From: an uncultured Rivularia sp.
Lineage (GTDB): Bacteria; Cyanobacteriota; Cyanobacteriia; Cyanobacteriales; Nostocaceae
Length of the DNA: 64,000 nucleotides
Direction of reading: 5' to 3'
Assembly: GCA_963665115.1 (NCBI GenBank)
Contig: OY762007.1
Coordinates: 1,632,001 to 1,696,000 of the forward strand
Every line of letters begins with the position of its first letter. The first letter of the stretch is position 1. Under the pieces are notes generated by a model. The model was not told the origin of the DNA and did not search any database. It saw only the letters and a list, made by a program, of their open reading frames with translations. This document shows, piece after piece, positions 10,763 through 21,241 of the stretch. The translations under genes were made by a program, and so were the position numbers.

Positions 10763-11780
10763 AACATATATCAACGCAGTTCTACGTAAACAGGTTTATC
10801 TGCATAGCAAGAGGACGATGTAAATGCGATTCAACGTATTCCTACGCGATAATTATCCTTTGAAGTTCATCGAATACCAAAAGTAATAATATGAAGTCCG
10901 GTTAATTACTTACTATATGGCGACTAGCAAAAAAATTGTTAGCCTTTAAAACCTGTATTTCAAGCATGAGAGGGGTTATTAATCAATAGCGGTCATATAA
11001 CGTTCATCAATTCGCGATTATATGCGGACAATTGTTTGTAGCAATGAGTTTGTACTAATAACAATCCAGCTACTATTACTAAATATAGGAACATGATTAT
11101 TCATGATGCTTGTTAACTTGATATTGAGCTTACAGTAATAGATTAGCTTCAGTAAATCGGTGTAAACTTTTTTTAGACTGATACATGGGAAAGTAAAAAT
11201 AGTACAAAATTCAACTGATTTATTGTCATAACATTACCTTTCTTCAGATTTGTTTATACCAACAGGTTTGAACCCCTTCATTTATTTAATAGGTTTATTC
11301 AGTTGAAGATTTATGCACTTCCGCTTCAAAGTAAGGTTACTAGGGATGGTAGAGTAGGATTTTTGTCGATTAAGTAGAGGAAACCCGAGTGCCAGTTAAT
11401 ACCGATTAACCCGATTTAAGTAGATATTATCCAGTCACCGGACTTGTATAAGAATTTGTTTATAGAGTTTCCAGTGCATACCGAAACACTTTCCGGCATT
11501 GTTTAGGAAATACTTGCGTTTATGAAGTACAGAGAAATTTGCTGATTTCTGGCTGTTTAAGGTTACGTTGCTTGAGCAGATGTGTTACCACAATTCCTAT
11601 ATGTAAGTAATATGCCTGTAAATATAAAAAATGTATTAAGTTACTCTTACGAATGGTTTTACTACACCTCAGATTAAAGTATAATATTCAATAAATTTTT
11701 GTAGGGCTATAGTTTTATATACATAATATAGCCAATGTATTCATTTAAGCAGAATCTTTTTTGTAGTTCCAAATAATGCT

Positions 11781-12668
11781 ATGAGATGGTCTATATCTAC
11801 ACATAATTGCTTTCGTAAATGTCAAAGACAATATTTTCTACAAAATGTCATGGCATTTCATAATGCTAAAGACCCAATTCGCCGGGAAGCATTTATGCTT
11901 AAACAATTTAGTAGTTTGAATGAATGGCGAGGAAGCTTAATCCATCGGGCCATAGAAAAATATTTTGTTCCATCTTTAAAACAAGCTCAACTTATTTCAG
12001 AAAATGAATTCATTCGACAAACAATTGCTTTAGGCAAAAGGCAATTAGAATTCTCTAAACAGCAAAAATATAAAGAACCTAATTTTAAGAAAAAAGATGC
12101 TGGCGATTCTTTTCTTGCATTACGAGAGCAAAAAGAAGATATTGATAGTTTTTATGAAACTATTATACAGTGCTGTAAATATCTTTATTCACAGACTCGC
12201 TTTCTAGCATTTTTACAAAATTGTCATCGTTATAGTGCAGAGAAACGAATACAATTTAAATTTAATGGTACCACGCTCATAGGTCAATTAGATTTAGTAT
12301 TAGAGTATAGTGATAAAAAACTATGTATTATTGATTGGAAAACAAATCGCAATCAAAATAGTGATTACTCAAAACAATTATATTTTTATGCTTTTGCGGC
12401 TTTAAATAATTGGAAAAATTATAATGCAGATGACTTATTGTTGGTTGAAGCCAATTTACTTCAAGGAAAGTTAATCAAACATAGGGTAAGTGAAAAAGAA
12501 TTATTGGAAATTGAAGACTTTATTTACCGTAGTACTTCGGATATTCAAGCTGTCACTAGAAACCAAAAATATAAAATAGAAGACTTAGAAAATTATAAAT
12601 ATGCAAATAGCTCACTATCTTGTGAATATTGTAAAATGGAAAAACTGTGTGTGAGGCTTGCTTCATGA
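11781..12668 (+). CDS. Cas4/RecB-like PD-(D/E)XK nuclease with predicted Fe-S cysteines (ACE-like Argonaute partner)
   Basis: N-terminal CQR cysteine plus C-terminal CEYCKMEKLC; GSLIH, E..GQLDLV..IIDWKT..QL motifs; ATGA overlap with ago. Confidence 0.88.
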   Translation: MRWSISTHNCFRKCQRQYFLQNVMAFHNAKDPIRREAFMLKQFSSLNEWRGSLIHRAIEKYFVPSLKQAQLISENEFIRQTIALGKRQLEFSKQQKYKEPNFKKKDAGDSFLALREQKEDIDSFYETIIQCCKYLYSQTRFLAFLQNCHRYSAEKRIQFKFNGTTLIGQLDLVLEYSDKKLCIIDWKTNRNQNSDYSKQLYFYAFAALNNWKNYNADDLLLVEANLLQGKLIKHRVSEKELLEIEDFIYRSTSDIQAVTRNQKYKIEDLENYKYANSSLSCEYCKMEKLCVRLAS

Positions 12669-15001
12669 TTACCCATAGGATTAATCTTTTTCCTATTAAT
12701 AACTTATCCGAATTAAACTGTACTTATAGACTTTTAGAAATAACTAATCTTCCAGAAAAGCACCCAACATATTTAGAAAATATTCATCGCTTGGCTGGGA
12801 TGGTTGCTTCTTCCATACGTAAACCGGTGTGTGTCTATTGGGAAGATAAAAAAGCTTATCTTGCAACTACTGCTTCTATCGATAAGATTAAATTACAATG
12901 GCGCTTAACTCCACACATTGCAAAGCTTGTTCCAAAATCTACTGTATATAAATTAGACTACAGTAATATTGGCGCTAACCAAGTTAAGCTAGCTCTTCGT
13001 TTACTAAGTTATCATATTCGCTCTGCATTGATAAAAACTCCAGAACTTTGGAACGATACTTCGAGAACATTTTACTTTCGGGAACCAATGAATTTTGGAG
13101 ACAATACCCAAGTTGATGTATTGCGAGGATTTACATATCAACTTCATTATCTATCAGACTGTAAAATTTACATTTCCTTAGACTTAATTGTTCGGTATAT
13201 CGATAGAATATCCTTGCTAGAACGTCTGAATGATGGAGAAGAAATAAACGATTTCAAAATGCAACATTTTCTCTATAAATTTGGCTTGCAGTGGTATCGA
13301 ATTCAATTAATAAATACTACAGGTAATTCAATTAAAGAACAATTATTTACCTCAGATAGAGATAATAATATATATAATGTTTTTGACTATACTTTGCAAC
13401 ACTCTAATGCGCCACATCTTGATGAAATAAAAGCATTAAACCATAATTCACCTGCAATTAGCTATAAATATCCTAATAAAAATATTGAACGTTACGGTGC
13501 TGCATCCTTATGCTTCAAAACATACAAAACTAATGACCCACAAGTATCAAGTTTACACAAGCATTCCATTCTAAAACCTCATGAACGTTTACAAAAAAGT
13601 GAGGATATTATAAGTAAGTATTTTCATTCTATTTTATTTGCTAACCGAACAAAACTTGACATAGCGTCTCAAGCTTATAAAAAAACTATAGAAAATTTCA
13701 AAATTCCCGATTTACTTTTTGGTAATCAAAAAGTGCTTCAGGTCAAAGTTAATACTGAAGAGACGGGAATCAATATTCAAGATTATGGAAAATCAAGATT
13801 AAATTGGTTGTTAAATAAAGAAATAGGTTTATTTACACGAGAATCACTACAACCTCAGTATTTATTTATACCTAATTCGCTCAACAGTTCTATTGCTAGA
13901 AAGTTTCAAGAAAATTTCATAACTCAAATGGAAAAGTTTTTATCACGAAAATATAGCATAAAAACAATTATTTATAATGACCGGGAAGCCAAAAATTTAT
14001 ATCAACAGGTAGAAGCTATTAAGCAAGCAGTTGAAGATAATAATATTGATAGAGGGCGAGGATTTTTAATCTTACCAGAGAGTGCTCATTCAGGTTTACA
14101 TAATTATATTAAACGAGAACTTTTTGACACTTTACAATTTCAGTGTGCAGATGCAGCTAAACTTAAACATTTTTTCTGTTCTAGTAATGAAGGTTATATT
14201 TTAAAAGAAAATAAGAGAAGAAAATTCATCTCTTATCTACGTAATGCAGCATTGGGAATGTTGTTAGTAAACCGTCAATGGGCATTCGCACTCAAAGACC
14301 CGCTATATTATGATGTGTACATAGGCATTGATGTTCTAAATGATTTTGCAGGCTTTACGTATATTTACAATGGAGGTAAAAAATGCTATTTCCGGCATTA
14401 TCCTGTTAATGGCGAAAAACTCACTAAAAAACAAATATTTAATATTCTTAAAAAAGATTTACAAAAAGATATCAGCGAATTAAAACTAAACCACAAATCA
14501 ATCGTTATTCATCGAGACGGACGCAGTTATCATGAGGAGGAGCAAGGTTTTTTTAAAGCAATCGAATTACTAAAAGAAGAAGGATTCTTAGCAGAAAATA
14601 TTCAAATTGGGGTAGTTGAGATCCATAAAACCAGCTCAGCACGTATAAGACTTTATTATGAAGAAAACGGAAGGATAAGTAATCCTTCAATTGGAGACTA
14701 CTTTATAATTAATGACCAAGAGGGTACTGTGTGTACAACTGGTAATCCGTTTAAATTTCCTGGGACAGCTAATCCTTTACATATTTTAATCGCGTATGGC
14801 AATTTAGACATTGCTAAAGTACTTCGCGATGTGTTTTCACTAGCACAGCTAGCAGCTTGGGCTGCTCCTGATAAAGCAGTCCGAAATCCAGTTACGATTA
14901 AAATAGGAGATACTTTTATTGAACACATTGCTAGTGATTCTGATACAGAAAATGCACTTTACAGTGAATATGAACTGGATGAAGAGGAGTTAGAAACATA
15001 A
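12665..15001 (+). CDS. ago: Long prokaryotic Argonaute with catalytic PIWI aspartates (778 aa from ATG 12665)
   Basis: PIWI motifs YIGIDV, IVIHRDGR, VEIHK, GTANPL, DVFSLAQL and PVTIKIGD; MID motif HNYIK..QC; length fits N-PAZ-MID-PIWI. Confidence 0.93.
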   Translation: MITHRINLFPINNLSELNCTYRLLEITNLPEKHPTYLENIHRLAGMVASSIRKPVCVYWEDKKAYLATTASIDKIKLQWRLTPHIAKLVPKSTVYKLDYSNIGANQVKLALRLLSYHIRSALIKTPELWNDTSRTFYFREPMNFGDNTQVDVLRGFTYQLHYLSDCKIYISLDLIVRYIDRISLLERLNDGEEINDFKMQHFLYKFGLQWYRIQLINTTGNSIKEQLFTSDRDNNIYNVFDYTLQHSNAPHLDEIKALNHNSPAISYKYPNKNIERYGAASLCFKTYKTNDPQVSSLHKHSILKPHERLQKSEDIISKYFHSILFANRTKLDIASQAYKKTIENFKIPDLLFGNQKVLQVKVNTEETGINIQDYGKSRLNWLLNKEIGLFTRESLQPQYLFIPNSLNSSIARKFQENFITQMEKFLSRKYSIKTIIYNDREAKNLYQQVEAIKQAVEDNNIDRGRGFLILPESAHSGLHNYIKRELFDTLQFQCADAAKLKHFFCSSNEGYILKENKRRKFISYLRNAALGMLLVNRQWAFALKDPLYYDVYIGIDVLNDFAGFTYIYNGGKKCYFRHYPVNGEKLTKKQIFNILKKDLQKDISELKLNHKSIVIHRDGRSYHEEEQGFFKAIELLKEEGFLAENIQIGVVEIHKTSSARIRLYYEENGRISNPSIGDYFIINDQEGTVCTTGNPFKFPGTANPLHILIAYGNLDIAKVLRDVFSLAQLAAWAAPDKAVRNPVTIKIGDTFIEHIASDSDTENALYSEYELDEEELET

Positions 15002-15016
15002 GGTAGGATAGAAAAG

Positions 15017-15454
15017 ATGAGTACAATAGGGATAGTTTCTCAGGAATATAAAAATACAGCTAACTTATTTAAAAAATTTAACGAAGCTATTGTTTTGCTT
15101 AAGAAATGTCATTTTAAACCTATAAGTTCGGCAAATATAAACGAGGAGGAAATTGTTGGTGCAAGAAAAGTAATAGCAAGCATTTTAAGTCAAATTATTG
15201 CACAACTTAATGACGATAATTTACCTAAAGAAAATAAACAAGAATTATCGCTGATTCCACCTTTTTTTATTAAACGTCTGCAAGAACAACATAGAGGAAG
15301 TCTTGAATGGTATATAGAGGATTTAAATAAAGTTTATAAAGCTCTTATGGAGAATCAAGCACTAACTTTAAGCTTTATAGATTGTCTTGATAAATTGTGC
15401 GAGCAGCTTGATGTGGAAACAACACGTTTGTATCGTAAATTACGGAGACGTTGA
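15017..15454 (+). CDS. Hypothetical alpha-helical protein, third gene of the ago operon
   Basis: 15-bp gap after ago with a purine-rich RBS; 145 aa; basic C-terminus RLYRKLRRR. Confidence 0.8.
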   Translation: MSTIGIVSQEYKNTANLFKKFNEAIVLLKKCHFKPISSANINEEEIVGARKVIASILSQIIAQLNDDNLPKENKQELSLIPPFFIKRLQEQHRGSLEWYIEDLNKVYKALMENQALTLSFIDCLDKLCEQLDVETTRLYRKLRRR

Positions 15455-15460
15455 GTAAAA

Positions 15461-16618
15461 ATGACATCTGAGTTTTTGCGCGGACAAGTTCAGTTACTGT
15501 TTAAGCGTTGTAATGTATTGCGAAAACATTTACAGTTGCTAAATAATTTACCAAAGGATATGAGCTTGTATGTAAATAATTTAGATGCAGAGCTTGAGAA
15601 GTTAGCACATGACATCAAGCTAATTGTTGAAGATCCAGATTTAGGTGTTGACTATCTTTTAAATAACCAAATTAATACATTTAGACGGTATACAGAACAA
15701 GTTAACTTAATAGAAGCTTATCCACTTAACTTATTAGACCAATTCAATCAGAAGGATTTGTATTTTTACTGTTTTGCTAAATATTTTTGTCAACAAATAC
15801 AATACGGGTACGAACCACCTCTAGTCAGTACTCATAGTAATGATTATTTCTATGCATTCACAACTGCAAATATGATTAGTCTTCCCTTGTGTGAAGACGA
15901 ATTTTTACTAGCAATACCAGATTTTGTGCATGAGCTAGGACATATATTCTATGATAAAAATGAAGAAGACATTTTTAGACCATTTGCCGAAGTTATAAAT
16001 ACATATGTGCAAGAACAAAAGCAAAACTTAGCTAATCAATCTTCCTCCAAAGCTTATCAAGATTATTTAAATTTGTTAAAAAAAACTTGGCTGCAAGAGT
16101 ATATTATCGAGTTCTCTTGTGATATTTTTGCTACCTACCTTGTGGGTGATGCTTATGGTTGGTCGCATTTGAGATTGATACTTCAATCACATTCAGAAAT
16201 ATATTATCCAAGCTTTGGTGAGGAAGGAACACATCCTTCTGATGAAGCGCGAATGAGAGCAATTTTAATAACATTGAATGAACTCAGAGATTCACAGCAG
16301 GCACAAAATATTTCTCAACAGTGGCAGCAGTATAAGAAAATTGTGCTTGATTCACCTAACGAAGAATATGCATATTGCTATCCAGATAATATTTTACAAA
16401 AACTTGCTCAAAATGTAATAAATGTATGTGATAAGGTTGGACTAATCTCTTACCAGAAACAACCATCCCAAGATGGTAATCTACCCTTTTTACTGCAACA
16501 AGCATGGAAGGAATTTCATAACAACCCTACAGAGTACGCAGAGTGGGAAGAGCAAAAAGTTAAGACTCTAAAATCAATGTTATTGCCGTCAACTTCTAAC
16601 AGACCCCTGGTGACTTAG
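15461..16618 (+). CDS. HExxH zinc metallopeptidase-like protein (Lit/U49- or M48-like)
   Basis: VHELGH, downstream EFSCD (third ligand) and GTHPSDEAR motifs; coiled-coil-like N-terminus; 6-bp gap to the previous gene. Confidence 0.75.
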   Translation: MTSEFLRGQVQLLFKRCNVLRKHLQLLNNLPKDMSLYVNNLDAELEKLAHDIKLIVEDPDLGVDYLLNNQINTFRRYTEQVNLIEAYPLNLLDQFNQKDLYFYCFAKYFCQQIQYGYEPPLVSTHSNDYFYAFTTANMISLPLCEDEFLLAIPDFVHELGHIFYDKNEEDIFRPFAEVINTYVQEQKQNLANQSSSKAYQDYLNLLKKTWLQEYIIEFSCDIFATYLVGDAYGWSHLRLILQSHSEIYYPSFGEEGTHPSDEARMRAILITLNELRDSQQAQNISQQWQQYKKIVLDSPNEEYAYCYPDNILQKLAQNVINVCDKVGLISYQKQPSQDGNLPFLLQQAWKEFHNNPTEYAEWEEQKVKTLKSMLLPSTSNRPLVT

Positions 16619-16848
16619 TAATAGATATTTTCGCGGGTTCTAATACTACTGGTAAAGTTGCCGAAGTAGAAAATCGTTTGTGGTTGGCATTTGAGGAAAA
16701 ACCAGAATATTTAGCTGCTTCAACATTCCGATTTCTCACTAAAGAAAATACCGTCGATGAAATACAAGAAATTTATAATCTCATTATGCAGGGGGAGTCA
16801 GTAAATTTGAAAAATTATCAGAAGCAAACAGTATTAAACCTTTTCTAA
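16590..16848 (+). pseudogene. C-terminal remnant of a beta-class (M.PvuII-like) DNA methyltransferase
   Basis: [51 protein letters not shown]-binding motif I; not in the ORF track. Confidence 0.8.
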
Positions 16849-16892
16849 ATATAAGCGAGAAAAATAAATTTGACCAAATAGAGGAAACTTAA

Positions 16893-17699
16893 GTGCCAGT
16901 TAATGCCGACAAACCCGACTTATGGAAACAAGATATTGCTCAGTCGGTAAACTTGTACAACAACTGGTTTATGCAATTTGCTCCAGTAACATACCGCCAA
17001 ACCCGCACTCATACAACACAGCAAGTAGAATCAGCATTATCTTTTACTGCCAATTTGACTAATATTACACCTGGTACACTGCGGCAACATCCATCGGTAT
17101 TACAAATACTTCGGATGGCAACCGCACCACCAATAGCACGGGATAGACTTATTGGTTTGGCTGGTGTTTCGCCTAATTTAGTCAAAAATATGGAAGATAA
17201 GCAACGTATTCCACCAAGAATGGAAAGTACGCTTGTTGATATTGAATTGGAAAGAATTAGTCAAGTAATCGCACAGTTAATTGATAAAGGTATTTTTCCT
17301 GGTTACTCATATTTACCTGGTGGAACTAGATTAAAATTTAATAGTATTGAGCCAGGAAATTTTACATTTCGACTTAATATTCCGGTAAATTTACAATCTG
17401 GTAAAAAACAAGTTAATATTCCCGTAGATGCTGTAATTATGCCATTAAATTCATCGCCAAGTGATTTACCTTTATTAATAGAAGCAAAGTCCGCAGGAGA
17501 TTTCACAAATCCTAATAAGCGCCGCAAAGAAGAAGCAGCTAAAGTTGCACAATTAAAAAACAGTTATGGTAATAATATTCGTTTTATTCTATTCTTATGT
17601 GGATATTTTGACAGTGGATATTTAGCATATGAAGCAGCAGAAGGAATTGATTGGGTATGGGAACATCGCGTCGATGATTTAGCTTTATTTAACATATGA
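16893..17699 (+). CDS. XamI-family restriction endonuclease, probably with an internal in-frame deletion
   Basis: VNADKPDLWKQDIAQSV, LRMATAPPIARDRLIGLAG, IEAKSAGDFTNPNKRRKEEAAK and GIDWVWEHR motifs. Confidence 0.85.
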   Translation: MPVNADKPDLWKQDIAQSVNLYNNWFMQFAPVTYRQTRTHTTQQVESALSFTANLTNITPGTLRQHPSVLQILRMATAPPIARDRLIGLAGVSPNLVKNMEDKQRIPPRMESTLVDIELERISQVIAQLIDKGIFPGYSYLPGGTRLKFNSIEPGNFTFRLNIPVNLQSGKKQVNIPVDAVIMPLNSSPSDLPLLIEAKSAGDFTNPNKRRKEEAAKVAQLKNSYGNNIRFILFLCGYFDSGYLAYEAAEGIDWVWEHRVDDLALFNI

Positions 17700-19252
17700 A
17701 TTTCACTAAGTTAACGGAAGAAACGAGAATACAGCGTCAAAATAAACTCGACGCGAAAAAAACTCAAACTGAACGTAATAAGCTTGGTCAATTTGCTACG
17801 CCAACAGAATTGGCGGTCGAAATTATAGAATATTCTAAGAAATTACTATCACAAAATAAAAAAATAAAATTTCTTGACCCTGCATTTGGTACTGGTGCAT
17901 TTTACTCGGCACTGCTGCAACTATTTTCTCAATCGAAAATTGAATCTGCCGTAGGGTATGAAATTGATTCACACTATGGTAATGAGGCAATTTCACTGTG
18001 GAAAAATACACCGTTAAAAATAAATATTAGTGATTTTACAAAAGCTTTACCACCTAAAAATCAAGAGGAAAAAGCTAATCTAATCATTTGTAATCCACCT
18101 TATGTCCGCCACCATCATTTAAAGCGTAGTGATAAACTAAAACTACAAAATAAAAGTCTAAAAATAGCTGGAATTAAACTAAGTCAGTTAGCAAGTTTAT
18201 ATTGCCATTTCTTGTGTATTGCAGATGCCTGGATGGCGAAAAATGGAATTGCTGGATGGCTGATACCGAGTGGATTTATGGATGTAAATTATGGACAAGA
18301 AGTAAAAGATTATTTACTTAATAATGTAACGTTAATGCGCGTTCATCGTTTTTGTCCAAATGAAGTGCAGTTTGATGATGCGTTGGTATCAAGTACAATT
18401 ATTTGGTTCAAGAAAACTTTGCCGTCACTAAATCATACAATTGAGTTTACTTATGGCGGTAGTCTTACAGCACCCAAAGAGAGAAACTTAGTTACATCTG
18501 ACACATTACGCAATACTTCCAAGTGGACTAGCATTGGATTAGTATTTAAACCTAAAAACTTCAATTCTAAACAATTTAAATTAAAAGATTTATTCAATAT
18601 TAAACGCGGATTAGCAACGGGAGCCAATAATTTTTTCATTCTAACCAGAGAACAAGTTACTGCTCATCAAATTCCTACTCAGTTTTTGAAACCAATTTTA
18701 CCAAGTCCTCGCTATTTATTAGTAGAAGAAATTGAAACTGACATACTTGGTAATCCCCTTTTAGAACAGCAGTTATTCTTACTTGATTGTAATTTGCCTT
18801 TACCTGAAATACAAAATAACTATCCTACGCTTTGGCAATATCTCCAGATAGGTGAAGACAGCGGTATTAGTTCCCGCTACTTGTGTAAACATCGCACTCC
18901 TTGGTACTCTCAAGAAAATCGCTCTCCGACTCCATTCCTCTGCACTTACATGGGACGAAGTAATAGCAGTCGCAGAAAACCGTTCCGATTTATGCTGAAT
19001 CATTCGAGTGCGATCGCCACTAATGTGTACTTGATGTTATACCCGAAACCTATTCTAAATGAAGCTTTTTCGCGTCAGCCTTCATTGAAAAAGGATGTGT
19101 GGCTTGCTTTAAAAAATATTTCCGATGAAGCTCTAATTTCTGGAGGTCGGGTGTATGGAGGTGGTTTGCACAAATTAGAACCGAAGGAATTAGGAAATGT
19201 GCTTGTTGACTTATCGTCCATTGCTTACATTGACAATAAGCTAGTTTATTAG
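17696..19252 (+). CDS. N6-adenine DNA methyltransferase (gamma class) paired with the XamI-like REase
   Basis: GQFATP, FLDPAFGTG, NPPYVRH, IKRGLATGAN and GRVYGGGLHKLEPKEL motifs; ATGA overlap with the REase. Confidence 0.92.
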   Translation: MNFTKLTEETRIQRQNKLDAKKTQTERNKLGQFATPTELAVEIIEYSKKLLSQNKKIKFLDPAFGTGAFYSALLQLFSQSKIESAVGYEIDSHYGNEAISLWKNTPLKINISDFTKALPPKNQEEKANLIICNPPYVRHHHLKRSDKLKLQNKSLKIAGIKLSQLASLYCHFLCIADAWMAKNGIAGWLIPSGFMDVNYGQEVKDYLLNNVTLMRVHRFCPNEVQFDDALVSSTIIWFKKTLPSLNHTIEFTYGGSLTAPKERNLVTSDTLRNTSKWTSIGLVFKPKNFNSKQFKLKDLFNIKRGLATGANNFFILTREQVTAHQIPTQFLKPILPSPRYLLVEEIETDILGNPLLEQQLFLLDCNLPLPEIQNNYPTLWQYLQIGEDSGISSRYLCKHRTPWYSQENRSPTPFLCTYMGRSNSSRRKPFRFMLNHSSAIATNVYLMLYPKPILNEAFSRQPSLKKDVWLALKNISDEALISGGRVYGGGLHKLEPKELGNVLVDLSSIAYIDNKLVY

Positions 19253-19339
19253 GTAATCTATTAAGTTTTTTCGGATGAAATAAATCCCAATCAAAATGCC
19301 GAGGCTTTTCACTCACTAATTGCCGATATTTCTACATGT

Positions 19340-19693
19340 TTAGCTTGCTGTTCGACCAGAACGAACATAGATTTGTTCTTTATCAATATCAAACAATTCC
19401 ATTTCAGTTTTGTAATCGCCGATTTTTACTTCCATATTAGAAAGCAAGTTTTCGACGTTTGGTTCATCTTTTTGATAAGGAATGTTCTCATCAATTTGAG
19501 TTCTGACAACACCAGGGATGAATTGTGTATCTATTATTGGTAATTTGTCATCAACTGCAATATCGACTAAGAAAATTTCGCACATTACAATAAAGATAAT
19601 CGCAAACAAAACAACCGGAAATAAGATATTGTTGATAGTTTGAATGGTAGTAGAAATTTCAAATGCCGAACAATCAAACAAAAATTTAAACAT
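19340..19693 (-). CDS. Hypothetical membrane protein
   Basis: One hydrophobic segment; co-oriented with the upstream cluster. Confidence 0.5.
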   Translation of the reverse strand: MFKFLFDCSAFEISTTIQTINNILFPVVLFAIIFIVMCEIFLVDIAVDDKLPIIDTQFIPGVVRTQIDENIPYQKDEPNVENLLSNMEVKIGDYKTEMELFDIDKEQIYVRSGRTAS

Positions 19694-19942
19694 TGTAGCT
19701 CCTCCAAATAGTTATTGGATGATTTGTAAATATCACCCAGTAGTGGGGAGATTCCTCCCCGTACTGAATGTATCTAACAAATCATGCCCATAATCCTGAA
19801 GGAAAGAGAGTTTTACTACTTTTTTGTAGCAGATAAACTAAGTTTCCCGAAATTTGCAGTGTTTTCCAAGAGATGAGTAGATAGACACCCTAAGTTATGA
19901 TAGGTTATTCTTGAATTTCTAGATTGAAGTTGGAAGTTTGAT

Positions 19943-21241
19943 TCATTGTCTGACCCTACTTTTATTAGCTTTCAACCATCCAATAAAAGTCACAAGATTA
20001 TAATTGTACTTAAGTTCTTGCGGCACAATTGATTCGTAAGGGTACACCGGAATACCATTCAATAAGAAACGGTATTGTCGTTCAATTTTTATATTGAACT
20101 TTGGGCAATTATTAACCCTAACATTAATACCCGTATCGCTAATTTCAACAGTAGCAATACCCTTCAACTGTTGAGCAAATTCATCAATTTTAGATGAATA
20201 ATCAAACTCAATTACAGTTCGTACTGAAAAATATTGAATGTAAGAAAGCAATCGAGCGTGTTCGCCCAACTCCACTAGTTTGTCTGAATCATCAAGAAGA
20301 ATTCCTGCCCACGAAAAATGAAATCTACGATTGGTGTAGTCATCCCAAAGAGTTAAAGTGCCGTCGTCATTTTTCATCAAAGTTGCTTGATTTACATCAA
20401 TGCTTTGATTCAACTGCTCAATTGTCTCTTCACGCTCGAATGGAAAATAAACCCGTTTTTGATGTTTATCGGACTGCCAATCGGGGCAAGTACAGTTAGA
20501 GTCGAACCCATATGGATGCATTCCGCAAACGATTTTATTTGCTCCATGAAAATTGCGACATCCAGCACATATTTCTAGATTAAAACTAGAGAATTCCTCA
20601 TAGGAAGATTTAAATTCTAATTGAGGACGGTAGAAATTAACAAATTCACAAACAGCATTCCAAGGGTTTGATTTTAAAGATGAAAATGCTTTTCCAATTA
20701 GCTTCTCCTCATCAAAATCGAGGTCAAATAATTCCATTAAGCTATTTTTACGACGTGAATCTAAAAAATCGTAAACAACAACTTTTCGTAATGCTTCATC
20801 TTCTATCCTTCCAACAATCAACTTCGTGTCGAGATGAGAACAACCTTCAATTCGCATTATCTGATAAAGATATAGCAAATCATTATTTTCAGTCGTTGGG
20901 ATACTCCCACTCGACTTAAATACTACGGGATTAGTATCATTAGAAGCTAAAGATTCCTGCTCATCATCCAAGTCAGCATCACTTACAATCGAAGCAACAC
21001 AAGCAGCAGCGAAAGAAGCAGATACAAATCCAACACCTCCTAGAAAGGTAGAACCCATTCCTAGATATAATGTTTGTTGAATTCGTTTATCTGGTATTGT
21101 CTTTACTCCAGCTTTTTCAAGACTAAATAAGCCAGCACCGCCAAAAACTGCTATCGCACCAACAGCAATTGCAACTAATGAAGTTGCTCCTACTGTCAGA
21201 TTAATTGCTTGAAATGCTTTGATACAAAATTTATTAAACAT
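19943..21241 (-). CDS. Hypothetical membrane-anchored protein with a Cys-rich motif
   Basis: Two N-terminal TM segments; CAGCRNFHG..CGMHPYG..CPDW. Confidence 0.7.
   Translation of the reverse strand: MFNKFCIKAFQAINLTVGATSLVAIAVGAIAVFGGAGLFSLEKAGVKTIPDKRIQQTLYLGMGSTFLGGVGFVSASFAAACVASIVSDADLDDEQESLASNDTNPVVFKSSGSIPTTENNDLLYLYQIMRIEGCSHLDTKLIVGRIEDEALRKVVVYDFLDSRRKNSLMELFDLDFDEEKLIGKAFSSLKSNPWNAVCEFVNFYRPQLEFKSSYEEFSSFNLEICAGCRNFHGANKIVCGMHPYGFDSNCTCPDWQSDKHQKRVYFPFEREETIEQLNQSIDVNQATLMKNDDGTLTLWDDYTNRRFHFSWAGILLDDSDKLVELGEHARLLSYIQYFSVRTVIEFDYSSKIDEFAQQLKGIATVEISDTGINVRVNNCPKFNIKIERQYRFLLNGIPVYPYESIVPQELKYNYNLVTFIGWLKANKSRVRQ

Noticed and set aside
12647..12664. GTG start for Ago given by the ORF track
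   Set aside because: ATG 12665, overlapping the upstream stop (ATGA), is more plausible
11781..12668. Cas4-like gene as CRISPR adaptation module
   Set aside because: No cas1/cas2 or repeats nearby; it is coupled to Ago, 40 kb from the CRISPR locus
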